Source of the DNA: Anaeromyxobacter sp.
GTDB taxonomy: Bacteria; Myxococcota; Myxococcia; Myxococcales; Anaeromyxobacteraceae
Reading direction: 5' to 3'
DNA length: 64,000 bases
NCBI GenBank assembly: GCA_049840735.1
Contig: JASGJN010000017.1
Coordinates: 192,001-256,000 of the forward strand
Shown here: one piece after another, positions 1 to 12,303 of the stretch
How the letters are laid out: each line of letters opens with the position of its first letter
Position numbering within the stretch: position 1 is the first letter of the stretch
The notes under the pieces: generated by a model
Databases searched by the model: none
What the model was told of the DNA's origin: nothing
The model's input: the letters and a program-made list of their open reading frames with translations, nothing else
Program-made: the position numbers and the translations under genes

Positions 1-755
1 CGTCGAGCATGTCCACCGCGCAGATCTCCAGCTGCAGCACGCGCGCCGCCTCCACCGCCAGGCGCGCATAGCTGGGCGGCAGCTCGACGGCCTCGAACTG
101 GGCGAAGCGCCGGAGGTTGCGGGCGAAGCGGCCCAGCGGGGCGCTGCGGCGCATGGCGGCGATCACCTGCCCGCCCACCACCAGCGCCCGCAGGTCGCGC
201 CCGCGCGCGCCGCGCAGGTACTGCTGCACCACGATGTTCTGCCCCAGCCCCAGGATGGCCTCCAGGGCCGCCTCCAGCGACTGGAGGCTCTCGCGAGATC
301 ATCACCCCGCTCTTCTCGTTCACGGAGAGGAGCTTCACCAGCACCGGCACGCCCCCCACCACCTTCACCATCTCGCGCAGGCGGGCCGGGCGGCTGGCCA
401 TGACCGAGCGCGGGACCGGCACGCCGGCGGCGGAGAGCATCTGCAGCACCCGCATCTTGTTGCGGCTGGCGGCGATGCCGTAGGCGCCGTTCAGGACCGG
501 CACGCCCATGAGCTCCAGCTGGTTCACCACGGCCAGCCCGTACTGGTGGATGGACAGGCCGATCCGCGGCACCACCACGTCGGTGCGCGGCAGCTTGCGG
601 CCGCGGTGGAAGGCGCGCGGCGGCCCCTCCCCCAGCCCCAGCTCCACCTCCAGCGGGTCGAGCACGCGGGTCCTGAGGCCGCGGGCGCGCGCCGCCTCGA
701 CGATGCGCCGCGTGGTGTAGATCCCGGCGGACCTGGAGAGGATGGTCAGGTGCAA
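1..755 (-). CDS. rimK: RimK-family ATP-grasp alpha-L-glutamate ligase (runs off window start; one frameshift near 295)
   Basis: Manual translation from TTG at 755: MHLTILSRSAGIYTTRRIVEAARARG..., later SRNKMRVLQ, VLVKLL, QQYL, RALVVGG typical of RimK. Confidence 0.8.
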   Translation of the reverse strand, partial: MHLTILSRSAGIYTTRRIVEAARARGLRTRVLDPLEVELGLGEGPPRAFHRGRKLPRTDVVVPRIGLSIHQYGLAVVNQLELMGVPVLNGAYGIAASRNKMRVLQMLSAAGVPVPRSVMASRPARLREMVKVVGGVPVLVKLLSVNEKSGVMISREPPVAGGGPGGHPGAGAEHRGAAVPARRARARPAGAGGGRAGDRRHAPQRPAGPLRPQPPALRPVRGRRAAAQLCAPGGGGGARAAAGDLRGGHAR

Positions 756-856
756 GGTGGCCCAGATGGTAAGGCGGCCGGGAGGGAAAGGCGAGGGGCC
801 GGAAGGCAGCGGGGCGGGCCCCGCGCGCACGCGCCGGAACCCGCCCCCTGAGGCCT

Positions 857-915
857 GTCCTTCGACTCCGCTCCCCGGCCTGCGGCCGGGGAGCTACGCT
901 GGCTAGGACGAACGG
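857..915. repeat. REP-like palindromic element, family A (TTCGAC...GCT..A...CGAACGG)
   Basis: GTCCTTCGACTCC-GCTCCCCGGCC tgc GGCCGGGGAGC-TACGCT..AGGACGAACGG; related to 4180-4210 and 26660-26732. Confidence 0.6.
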
Positions 916-929
916 CCGCCTGCGGTCCG

Positions 930-2931
<2,002 letters not shown>

Positions 2932-3035
2932 CTACGCACTGCCACGCGCGCGCCGCGTCCCACGATCCCCGTCCCCTGGGTGCGGCACGCTGGCAAGTCA
3001 CCGATATCACACAGGAACGACACCTCGACGCGGCG

Positions 3036-3051
3036 TGGCACCGGGCTTGCT
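3036..3051 (+). promoter_or_regulatory. Sigma54 -24/-12 promoter
   Basis: TGGCAC-CGGGC-TTGCT matches TGGCAC-N5-TTGCW, ~40 bp upstream of ATG 3094. Confidence 0.75.
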
Positions 3052-3093
3052 CAAAAACCGGGGCAGCGGCGTCACGGTGTCCCTGAGGATCCC

Positions 3094-4171
3094 ATGCTTC
3101 GAATGGTCCATGCGCAGCGCAGCCTCCGCCCGGAGTGGCCCGTGCCAGCCCCGGCGGCCGAGGTGGCCGTGCTGCTCAACGCCAACGCGAAGCAGGTGAA
3201 CGCGGGGGTCCGCCGGGCCCTGTCCTCGGTGGTCCCGGCCGAGCACCTGTTCCTCTCCAGGAGCCCGGACGAGGCCGAGGCCATCGCCGAAGAGGTCGTG
3301 GCGCGGCGTTACGGCACGGTCTTCACCGGGGGCGGTGACGGGACCTTCGTGTCCTGGGTGAACCGGATTCCTTGAGGCCGCCGAGCGGCGCTCGGCCCGC
3401 CCGCCCCGCTTCGGTGTGCTGGCCCTGGGCACCGGGAACGCCGTGGCCGAGATGGTGGGGGCCGACTCGCGCCGCCACGTGCAGGACCTGGCCCGCTACC
3501 TCCGCGGCGAGGTGAGCCGCACCCGCCGGCTCGACCTGCTGACCTGCCAGGGGCGGCGCACGCCCTTCGCCGGCGTCGGCATCGATGCGGCGGTGCTCAA
3601 CGACTACAACTGGGTGAAGGGGCAGCTGTGCGACACGCCCCTGCGCCGCCTGGGCCTGGGCGCCGCCGGCTACGGCCTGGCCGTGGCCCTCCGCTCCGCC
3701 CCCCGCTTCCTGATGGAGCGGCGCCCCGCCTACTGCGAGATCGTCAACACCGGCCGCCCGGCCTGGCGCCTGGACGCCCGCGGCCAGCGCATCGGCCGGC
3801 CCATCGGCCACGGCGAGCTGCTCTACGCCGGCCCGGCCATGATGGCCGCCGCCAGCACGGTGCCGTACTACGGCCTGGGGCTGCGGGTCTTCCCGTTCGC
3901 CGAGAAGGCGCCGGGGATGATGCAGGTCCGCGTGGCCACCACCATCAGCCTGGCCTCGATCCTGCTGAACCTGCCCCGCGTCTGGGACGGCACGTTCGCG
4001 CACGAGGGGCTGCTCGACTTCCACGCCGACCGCGTGGCCGTGAGCTTCGAGCGCCCGATGCCGCTGCAGGTCGGCGGCGACGCCGAGGGCTGGCGCGACG
4101 CGCTCACCTTCGGGATGGCCGCGAACCCGGTCGAGATGGTGGACTTCGGCGCGCCGGCGGTGGCGGCGTAG
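3094..4171 (+). CDS. Diacylglycerol/lipid kinase family protein (frameshift at ~3368)
   Basis: LLNANA, GGGDGT, LALGTGNA, GVGIDA, PYYGLG, LQVGGD motifs of DAGK-like family. Confidence 0.85.
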
Positions 4172-4179
4172 CGCCCTCT

Positions 4180-4210
4180 GTCCGCGGTTCGACAGGCTCA
4201 CCGCGAACGG
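4180..4210. repeat. REP-like element, family A (short copy) between convergent genes
   Basis: CCGCGGTTCGACAGGCTCACCGCGAACGG. Confidence 0.6.
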
Positions 4211-4235
4211 ATGGACGGCGCGCCCCTCGGCCGCC

Positions 4236-4511
4236 TCAGAGGTAGTACACGACCCGCTTGTCGTCGTGCAGCTGCTGGTAGATGGCCCGCCGCTGCTCCT
4301 CCGACGCCAGCTGCACCGCCACCGAGACCGAGTGGTACTTTCCCCCGGCGCTCTGCCGGACGGACACGTCCTCGGCCGGCGCCTCGCCCACCACCCGCGC
4401 CACCAGGCGTCGCGCGTGCTCGGCGAAGTCGTCGCCGGCCAGCCCCATGATCTTGAAGGTGTAGCGGACCGGGTACTCGATGAGCGCCGGGCCCGTGGCC
4501 TCGTTCTTCAT
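4236..4511 (-). CDS. YbeD/DUF493-family ACT-like protein
   Basis: LIEYPVRYTFKIMG...SAGGKYHSVSV...IYQQL...RVVYYL. Confidence 0.85.
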   Translation of the reverse strand: MKNEATGPALIEYPVRYTFKIMGLAGDDFAEHARRLVARVVGEAPAEDVSVRQSAGGKYHSVSVAVQLASEEQRRAIYQQLHDDKRVVYYL

Positions 4512-4533
4512 CGCCGGATCGTAACCCGCCTAG

Positions 4534-4827
4534 AGCAGGTTCGCTGCCAGCTCGGCCAGCGGGCTCCGCTCGCCCTTCTGCATGGTGATGTGCCCGGCCA
4601 GCCGGGTGATCTCACGGGGCCTGCGGCCCCGCCCCGTCGGCAAAGCCGCCGGGGCCCCACCCCTGCTGGCCGGGTCCCTGGCCTCGCGCGCCCGCAGGGC
4701 GGGTGCGCGCGAGGCCCCCGGCGCGCGCCTGCGGCGCGACGAGCGGCTGGCCTCACAGCAGGTTCGCTGCCAGCTCGGCCAGCGGGCTCCGCTCGCCCTT
4801 CTGCATGGTGATGTGCCCGGCCAGCCG
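4534..4827. repeat. 71-bp exact direct repeat (4534-4604 = 4757-4827) of the phoH 3' end
   Basis: Base-by-base identity, offset 223 bp. Confidence 0.95.
4616..4668. repeat. REP-like multi-hairpin element, family B (GGGGCTGCGCCCC-type)
   Basis: Near-identical to 20488-20540. Confidence 0.8.
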
Positions 4828-6072
4828 CTCGTTCTTGAACCGGTTCACCACGTGGATGAGGCCGTTGTTGGTCTGGTCCACGTAGGGGTTGTCGATCTGG
4901 TACGGGTCGCCGGTCAGGACGATCTTGGTGCCGTCGCCCACGCGGGTGATGATGGTCTTCACCTCGTGCGGCGTGAGGTTCTGGGCCTCGTCCACGATGA
5001 TGAACTGGTTGGGGATGGAGCGGCCGCGGATGTAGGTGAGCGGCTCGATCTCCAGGATGCCCAGGTCCAGCAGCTCGTGGTACCCGCGCCCGGCCTTCTT
5101 CTCCGAGCGCGACAGGTTCATCAGGTACTCGACGTTGTCGAAGATCGGCTGCATCCAGGGGTTGAGCTTCTCCTCCACCGAGCCCGGCAGGTAGCCGATG
5201 TCGCGGCCCAGCGGGAAGATCGGGCGGGAGACCAGCAGCTTCTGGTAGACGCCCTCCTCCATGGTCTTCTGCAGGCCGGCGGCGATGGCCAGCAGCGTCT
5301 TGCCGGTGCCGGCCTTGCCGACGATGGTGACCAGCCGGACCTCGTCGTTGAGCAGGAGGTCGAGCGCGAAGGACTGCTCCTTGTTGCGCGGCCGGATGCC
5401 CCAGACGCCCTCCTTCGGCGTCTTGATGAGCTGCACGAAGGACTGGCGCGCGGCGCTGTACTTGCCCACCGCCGAGTGCTGCGGGTGGGTCCGGTCGCGC
5501 AGCACCACGAAGGCGTTGGGCGGCGGCGGCTCGCCGTCCTGCAGGGCCAGCGAGCCGGACGAGTAGAACTCGTTCACCTGCTCGGGCGACACCTCGCGCT
5601 CGGAGATGCCGCTCCAGAGCTCGTCCAGGACCACGCCCTCGACGTCGTAGTCCTCGGCCTTGAGCCCCAGGGCGTCGGCGCGGATGCGGAGGTTGGTGTC
5701 CTTGGTGACGAAGACGCAGGGGACGCTCTTCTCGCGCTCGGACAGCTCCAGCGCCACCGCCAGGATCTTGTCGTCGGTGGTGTGGCCGTCGCCGCTGCCG
5801 TGCGGCAGCTTCTTCTCCGCCACCAGCACCCGGATCTTCCCATGGTCCGGGCTGATGGTCACGCCGTCCCGCAGCTTGCCCTGGGTGCGGAACTCGTCGA
5901 GCGAGCGGGCCACCGCGCGGGCGTTCCGGCCCAGCGAGGAGAGGTCCCGCTTGAAGGTGTCGATCTCCTCGATGACGTAGATCGGGACGATCACGTCGTT
6001 GTCGTCGAACCCGAAGATGGAGCGGGGGTCGTGGAGGAGGACGTTGGTGTCGAGGACGAAGTTCTTTTTCAA
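4753..6072 (-). CDS. PIN-PhoH (PhoH2/YlaK-like) protein
   Basis: TTG start MKKNFVLDTNVLLHDP (PIN), GKAGTGKT, YIRGRS, DEAQN, GDPYQID. Confidence 0.92.
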   Translation of the reverse strand: MKKNFVLDTNVLLHDPRSIFGFDDNDVIVPIYVIEEIDTFKRDLSSLGRNARAVARSLDEFRTQGKLRDGVTISPDHGKIRVLVAEKKLPHGSGDGHTTDDKILAVALELSEREKSVPCVFVTKDTNLRIRADALGLKAEDYDVEGVVLDELWSGISEREVSPEQVNEFYSSGSLALQDGEPPPPNAFVVLRDRTHPQHSAVGKYSAARQSFVQLIKTPKEGVWGIRPRNKEQSFALDLLLNDEVRLVTIVGKAGTGKTLLAIAAGLQKTMEEGVYQKLLVSRPIFPLGRDIGYLPGSVEEKLNPWMQPIFDNVEYLMNLSRSEKKAGRGYHELLDLGILEIEPLTYIRGRSIPNQFIIVDEAQNLTPHEVKTIITRVGDGTKIVLTGDPYQIDNPYVDQTNNGLIHVVNRFKNERLAGHITMQKGERSPLAELAANLL

Positions 6073-6172
6073 GCCGGGTCGGCTCCGCGTTCCGGGGTCC
6101 ACCACGCCTGCCGAAGCGAGCCCAGTGTAGCATCGGGGCGCCGGGCGTGGTCCACGGTTCGCGATGGCGGGG

Positions 6173-8468
6173 TCACCCGGCGGCGCGGCGTGGGGCGCGC
6201 AGGCTGGCCGCCGAGACACTCCGGTTGCGTCCGCTGCGCTTGGCCTGGTAGAGGCACCCGTCCGCGCGCTCGACCAGGGCCGCCTTGGGCTGCCCGTCGT
6301 CCGGGAAGGTGGCCACGCCGAGCGAGATTCGTGACCCGCAGGGGGCCCTGCGGCGTGTCGAACACCACCTGGCCGACCTTCTCGCGGATGCGCTCCGCGA
6401 TGACCATGGCCCCGGCGGTGTCGGTCTCCGGCATCACCACGGCGAACTCCTCGCCGCCGTAGCGCGCGACCACGTCGGTGTTGCGCGCCTCCTTGAGCAG
6501 GGTGCGGGCGACGCCCTTGAGCACCAGGTCGCCCACCGGGTGGCCGTACGTGTCGTTGACCGACTTGAAGTGGTCCACGTCGCACAGGATGAGCGAGAGC
6601 CGCTTGCCGTAGCGCTGGGCCTGGGCCAGATGGGCGTCAAGCCGCTCCTGGAAGGTCCGGTGGTTGGTGAGGCCGGTCAGGCCGTCGGTGGTGGCCAGCC
6701 GCTCGGTCCGGTCGAACAGCCGCGCCCGCTCGATGGACTGGCCGGCCTGCATGGCCACCACCTCGAGCTGCTGCACCAGGTCGCCGCGGCCGTAGGCGCT
6801 GGCCTTGTGCGAGCCGACCACCAGCGCCCCGACCACCTTCTCGCCCGCCTTGATGGGCACCACGCGCAGCGCGTGGAGCCCCTTGAGCGCCACCTCGCCG
6901 AAGATGGGCACCTTGGCCGGATCGACCGCGGCATGCGGCAGGACCGCCTGGTGCACGATGGCCGAGCCCACCAGCCCCTGCTCGATGGGGAAGCTGAGGC
7001 CATCCAGCGGCGCCGCGCGCACGCCCTCGGCCCCCCAGACCCGCGCCACCCGCACCAGCGCCGGGTCGTCCTCGTCCACCAGCGCCACCGCCGCCAGCTC
7101 CGCGGGCACCATCTCCCGCGCCACGCCCAGCAGCTCGTCCAGCACCTCGGACAGCTTCTTGGCCCGGTTGAGCCGCTGGATGGCCTGGTAGAACCGATCG
7201 CTCTGGGCCCGCGTCTCGCGCACGTCGCGCATCAGCCGCTCGGCGTCCACGGCGCGCAGGATCTCGGCGCCGAGCGTCACCAGCAGCTGCTCCTCGGCCT
7301 CGCCGAAGGGCTCCCCCGCCAGCCGGTCCGCCACCAGCACGCCGCGCACGTGGCCGCCGCGCCGCTCCACCACCGGCACCGCCAGCAGCGAGGCCGGGCG
7401 GGTGCCGTCGAGGTAGTAGCTGGGCGGCTTCACGTCGCCCTGCAGCCGCACCGGCGAGACGCGCTTCACCGCGCCGCCCACGGCCCCCTCGCCGGAGGGC
7501 AGCGGTCCCTGGGCGATGGCCTCGCTGCGCGTGCGGCAGTCCTTGAGCCACAGCTCCTTGCCGTCGTCGGAGAGCCAGTAGAGCGCGCAGGTGTCGCTGC
7601 GCAGGGCCGCCTCCGCCACCTCCAGCGCCCCGCCCACCGCCGCGGCGATCTCCACCACCGCCCCCTCGGTCCAGCGCCGCTCGCGCTCGGCCGGATCCTC
7701 GGTCCCCTCCCCGGCCGCGGAGGTGAGCCGGAACTGTCGCGCCGCCGCCTCGAACTCGCGCCGCTGGCGATCCTCCGCCTCCTGCCGCGAGCGCCGGGCC
7801 GCCGCCACCTGCGCGGCCAGCACGCCGTGGTAGAGCACCGCGAAGAGGACCAGGAAGCCGGCGTGGACGGCCAGGTCCAAGAGGCCCCAGCCGGTCGCGC
7901 CCGCCGCCTGCCAGCGCAGGAGCTCGAGCCCCACCGCCAGCGCCACCAGCGCCGCGCCCACCCGGCGCGGGTGGAAGGCCACCAGGAAGGCGACCACCAG
8001 GTAGGTGAGCGGCTGGAGCGGCGACTCGCCCGCCTCGCCGCCGGCGGCCTGCACCACCGCGGCGGCGGCCAGGATGAAGAGCGCGCCCAGCTCGAGCTGC
8101 GCGCGGTAGCTGGTCACCTCGCCGCGCGCCGAGGCCGCCAGGCGGCGCCACACCGCCCCGGCCAGCGCCAGCGCCAGCGCGCCGGCGGCCACCAGCTGCG
8201 GCAGCCCCTGCGCAGGGGGCGCGAAGGCGTGCAGCGCCAGCAGCGCGCCGATCCCGACCGCCACCGCCACCGGCAGGCTGCGCCACAGGAACCTGAGCCC
8301 GCGCCGCCGGGCCGGCGCGCCCACCAGCCCGCCGTCGCTCAGCAGCGCCGCGTAGAGCCGCACCAGCAGCGGCCGCGGGCGGAGCCGCTGGCGCGCGATG
8401 CGCGCCTGCACCGTGGGCGTGGCGCCGACCGGCGCGCGGATGGCCGGGCGCTCGGCGGGAGGGGTCAC
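6173..8468 (-). CDS. Membrane-anchored GAF-GAF-GGDEF diguanylate cyclase (frameshift at ~6328)
   Basis: N-terminal TM helices, two GAF-like regions, DGLTGL, DVDHFKSVND, RNTD I-site, GGEEF. Confidence 0.88.
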
Positions 8469-8767
8469 GGCGACTGGCCCTCCCGCGGCTCGCCCACCAG
8501 GAAGACCTTCTCGCCCGGGCGGACGTACTTGAGCTCCTCGCGCGCGGCGCGCTCCAGCGCGGCCGGGTCGGTGTTGAGCGCCCGCACCTCGCGCGCCAGC
8601 TCGGCGTTCTCCGTCGCCAGGCGCGCGTTCTCCTCCTGCATCTTGGCCACGTTGCGCGTGAGCGTGCGCGCCCGGCTCAGGCCGGACGGGTGGACCGCCG
8701 AGGCGACGGCCAGCGTGGCCACCACCCCGAGGAAGACGATCCACCTGCGCGCGCGCTTGCCGGCCAT
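8465..8767 (-). CDS. ftsB: FtsB/DivIC septum formation initiator family protein
   Basis: TM segment, coiled coil, LERAAREELKYVRPGEKVF. Confidence 0.8.
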   Translation of the reverse strand: MAGKRARRWIVFLGVVATLAVASAVHPSGLSRARTLTRNVAKMQEENARLATENAELAREVRALNTDPAALERAAREELKYVRPGEKVFLVGEPREGQSP

Positions 8768-8879
8768 GGCTCCCGGCCGGACGCTACCAGCCACCCGGGC
8801 CCCGTCCAGTAATCCGCCGCTATCGGGGTGGGGACAGGTAGGCCCGGGCCTTACGCCCGAGGCCTCACCGCCCCTGCCT

Positions 8880-9941
8880 TCAGCGCGTGTGCACCGTCAC
8901 GTCGGCCGACAGCCCGGCCCGGAGCGGCATGTCGGTCGGCGGCGCGTCAAGGGCCACCCGGACCGGCACGCGCTCCACCACCTTCACGAAGTTGCCGGAG
9001 GCGTTGTCCGGCGGCAGGAGCGCGAAGCGGGCGCCGGTGCCGCCGGAGAGGCTCTGCACGCGCCCGTGCAGCACGCGGTCGCCGTAGGCGTCCACGGTCA
9101 GGTCCACCGGCTGGCCGGGCCGGATGGTCCCGGTCTGCGTCTCCTTGAAGTTGGCCACCACGTAGACCTGGTCCGGCACCAGCTGCCCCAGCGTCTGGCC
9201 GGCCTGGACCAGCTGCCCGACCCGGGCGGCGAAGCGCGACAGCTGCCCGTCGGCCGGGGCGCGCACCAGGGTGTAGCCGAGCTGCAGGTGGGCGGCGTCG
9301 AGCGCGGCCTGGGCGGCCTTCACCCGGGCGTCGGCCAGCTCCACGCTGGCCAGCGCCGCCGCATACTGGGCGCGGTTGGTGCCGGCCCCGGCGCTGGCGG
9401 CCTGGTCCTGGATGCGGGTGGCGTCGAACCGCTCGTCGGCGATGGCGTCGCCCTGCTTCAGGGCCTGGGCCCGGCGCAGGTCGAGCGCCGCCTTCTCGGC
9501 CTCGGCCTCGGCCTTCGTCACGCTGGAGCGGGCCGCCGTCACCTGCGCCCGGGCCACGCTGGCCTGGGCGCGCGCGGTGGCCAGCTCGGCCTCGGCCTGG
9601 CGGACCTTCACGGCCTGGTCGGCGTCGTCCAGGCGGAGCACCGGCTGTCCGGCCTTCACCTCGGCGTCCTCGGCCACCAGCACCTCGGCGATTCGGCCGC
9701 CCACCCGCGGGGCGATGGCCACCACGTCGGCCTCGACCTGCGCGTCGTCGGTGTTCTCGTCGAAGCGCGTGGCCCACAGGCGGTGGCCGGACAGGCCGGC
9801 GGCCACGGCCAGCGCCAGCAGCACGCCCCAGACGGCGAAGCGGCGGCGGCGCGGCGGGGCGGTGGGCTCGTTCCTGGGCTCGGCCGCCACCGGGGGCACC
9901 GGGTGGACGGGGCTGCTGCTGGGATTGACGGGGGGCGTCAT
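8880..9941 (-). CDS. EmrA-like HlyD membrane fusion protein
   Basis: ENTDDAQV, VVANFKETQ, TGARFALLPPDNASGNFVKVVERVPV. Confidence 0.92.
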   Translation of the reverse strand: MTPPVNPSSSPVHPVPPVAAEPRNEPTAPPRRRRFAVWGVLLALAVAAGLSGHRLWATRFDENTDDAQVEADVVAIAPRVGGRIAEVLVAEDAEVKAGQPVLRLDDADQAVKVRQAEAELATARAQASVARAQVTAARSSVTKAEAEAEKAALDLRRAQALKQGDAIADERFDATRIQDQAASAGAGTNRAQYAAALASVELADARVKAAQAALDAAHLQLGYTLVRAPADGQLSRFAARVGQLVQAGQTLGQLVPDQVYVVANFKETQTGTIRPGQPVDLTVDAYGDRVLHGRVQSLSGGTGARFALLPPDNASGNFVKVVERVPVRVALDAPPTDMPLRAGLSADVTVHTR

Positions 9942-9942
9942 G

Positions 9943-11556
9943 TCAGTGCTCCATCTGGATCTTCTGCGAAGGATCGCGCCTGGTCTTGAGGAAGAAGAGC
10001 AGCGGCAGCACCGCCACGATGGCGATGCCGGTGAGCAGCAGCACATGCTCGAAGGCCAGGACCATGCCCTGCCGCGTGACGGTGCCGCCCAGGGTCTCGA
10101 GGGCGGCGCTCCTGGCGGCCGCCGGGTCGAACCCCTTGCCGGAGAAGAAGGCGGTGTACTGGGCCAGGCGCGCCTGCACCTCCGGCCGCTCCGGCGAGAC
10201 GTGGGCCGCCACCGCCGCCCGCGCCGTCGTGGCGTGGCGGGAGAGCAGCGTTGCGAAGACCGCCAGCCCCACCGACGCGCCGACCTGGCGCAGCAGCGAG
10301 TTGAGGCCCGTGGCGTCGGCCAGCTTCTCGCGGGGCACGTTGGAGAGCGCCGCGGTGGTGAGCGGGACGAACAGGAAGCTGAACCCCACGCCCTGGATCA
10401 GGATGGCGTGCACGATGCCGGACGAGGTGCTGGCCAGGGTCACGTGGGAGACCAGCCAGGCGCCGATGGCGATGAAGGTGATGCCGATGCCCACCAGCAC
10501 GCGGGTGGAGACCCGGCCGTAGAGCCGCCCCACGAACGGCGTCACCGCCATCATCACCAGCACGCGCGGCATGAGGGCCAGGCCGGACTGCATGGCGGTG
10601 AAGCCCAGCAGCTCCTGCATGAAGAGCGGCAGCAGGAACATGCCGGCGATGAGGATGGCGAACATCACCGCGCCGATGAGCGTGCCGGAGGTGAAGACCG
10701 GGTCCTTGAAGAGGCGCAGGTTGACCGCCGGGACCGGCGCGGTCAGCTCCCGCCACACGAAGAGCAGCAGCGTGACCAGCGCGGTGAGGGCGCAGGCCAC
10801 GATCACCCGCGACTGGAACCAGTCCTTCTGCTGCCCCTCCTCGAGGAAGAACTGCAGCGTGGCCAGCCCCATGGCCATGAGCGCGATGCCGATCCAGTCC
10901 ATGTTGCGCCGCTGGTGCGCGGCCGCGGCGGCGTTGGCGTGGCGGATGTCGTCCGGCTCGTGGACGAACCGCCAGACCATGAACAGGCCCAGCGCGCCTA
11001 CCGGCAGGTTGATGAAGAAGATCCAGGACCAGTGGTAGTTGTCGACGATGTAGCCGCCCAGCGTCGGGCCGATGGCCGGGCCGATCATCACGGCCATGCC
11101 GAACAGCGCCATGGCCATGCCCTGCTCCCTGGGCGGGAAGGTCTGGCGCAGGATGGCCTGCTCGGTGGGCTGCAGCGCGCCGGCGCCGAACCCCTGCAGC
11201 GCCCGGAACAGCACCACCTGGAAGAGGCTGGAGGCGACGCCGCAGAGCGCGGAGCCGATCAGGAAAAGGAACAGGCTGGCCATGTAGACGCGCTTCTGGC
11301 CGAAGAGCCGGCCCAGGAACGCCGTCAGCGGCATCACGATCACCGTGGCGATGGCGAAGCCGGTGGAGATCCAGGTGATCTCCTGGACGGTGGCGCCCAC
11401 CGCGCCGCGGATCTGCGGCAGCGCCACGTTGACGATCGACGTGTCGATGGCCCCCATCAGCGTGCCGAAGGTGACCGAGACGGTGACCAGCCACTTGTTG
11501 GTGGCGGGGCGCGGCGCGGACAGCGCCGGCACCGGGAGCCCGGCGGCCTGGCTCAT
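9943..11556 (-). CDS. EmrB/DHA2-family MFS efflux permease
   Basis: DTSIVNVALP, GPAIGPTLGG, WIFFINLPVG, many TM helices. Confidence 0.92.
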   Translation of the reverse strand: MSQAAGLPVPALSAPRPATNKWLVTVSVTFGTLMGAIDTSIVNVALPQIRGAVGATVQEITWISTGFAIATVIVMPLTAFLGRLFGQKRVYMASLFLFLIGSALCGVASSLFQVVLFRALQGFGAGALQPTEQAILRQTFPPREQGMAMALFGMAVMIGPAIGPTLGGYIVDNYHWSWIFFINLPVGALGLFMVWRFVHEPDDIRHANAAAAAHQRRNMDWIGIALMAMGLATLQFFLEEGQQKDWFQSRVIVACALTALVTLLLFVWRELTAPVPAVNLRLFKDPVFTSGTLIGAVMFAILIAGMFLLPLFMQELLGFTAMQSGLALMPRVLVMMAVTPFVGRLYGRVSTRVLVGIGITFIAIGAWLVSHVTLASTSSGIVHAILIQGVGFSFLFVPLTTAALSNVPREKLADATGLNSLLRQVGASVGLAVFATLLSRHATTARAAVAAHVSPERPEVQARLAQYTAFFSGKGFDPAAARSAALETLGGTVTRQGMVLAFEHVLLLTGIAIVAVLPLLFFLKTRRDPSQKIQMEH

Positions 11557-12179
11557 CGCGCCACCCCGTGGAGGAAGAGGTCCACCACGGCGCCCGGCAG
11601 CGCCTCCCACCCGCCGGCGCCCTGGACCGCGCGCACCAGCACGGCTCGCGCCATCCCCACCAGCGCGGCAGCCCGCAGGGCGGCGTCGCCCGGCGTGAGC
11701 TGGCCGCTGGCCAGGCCCTCCTCCAGCACCGCCTGGACCCGCCGCACCAGCTCGTCGTGGAGCGAGCCGGAGGGATGGAGCCGCGCCGGCCCCTCGCCGG
11801 ACTGCACCAGCGCCGTGAGGTAGCGCCCGTGCGCTTGGCCGTGCTCTGCGAGCGCGCCCAGCAGCGCGCGCAGGCGCGCCTCGATTGGCTGGCCGGCCGA
11901 GGCGGCCAGCGCCGCGTCGAGGCGGGCCATCAGCGCCTCGCGGCGCGAGCAGGAGAGCGCCCGCACCAGCGCGTCGCGGTCCTCGAAGTGGTTGTAGAGG
12001 GTGCCCACGGCGACGCCGGCCCGGGCGGCGATCCGCTCCATGCGCGCGCCCATCCCCTCCTCGCCGAAGATCTCCTCGGCCGAGCCCAGGATGGCCCGGT
12101 AGGTCTCCTCGCGGAGTCGATCGCGCAGGCGCGTGGGCGACTGGAGGGCCTTCCCATCGCTTGATGAATCTGGATTCAT
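11553..12179 (-). CDS. TetR/AcrR family transcriptional regulator
   Basis: IAARAGVAVGTLYNHF HTH; heads the efflux operon. Confidence 0.9.
   Translation of the reverse strand: MNPDSSSDGKALQSPTRLRDRLREETYRAILGSAEEIFGEEGMGARMERIAARAGVAVGTLYNHFEDRDALVRALSCSRREALMARLDAALAASAGQPIEARLRALLGALAEHGQAHGRYLTALVQSGEGPARLHPSGSLHDELVRRVQAVLEEGLASGQLTPGDAALRAAALVGMARAVLVRAVQGAGGWEALPGAVVDLFLHGVAR
12164..12179. promoter_or_regulatory. Probable TetR operator overlapping the tetR start codon
   Basis: AT-rich palindrome ATGAATC-TG-GATTCAT; minus-strand TTGACG -35-like hexamer at 12214-12219. Confidence 0.6.
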
Positions 12180-12303
12180 GACTTGAGCCCTATATGCGGC
12201 TCATGAACCCATTCGTCAACCGCTGTTGCGACGCAGTCGCGGAGCTGCGCCGCAACCCGGCACAAGATCGCGTGATTTCAGGTACCTCGCGATCGCCGGC
12301 GGC

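Noticed and set aside
6285..9989. 1234-aa plus-strand ORF and similar long overlapping ORFs (39786..42542, 33378..35756, 29545..31911)
   Set aside because: Antisense to well-supported genes, with no recognisable motifs.
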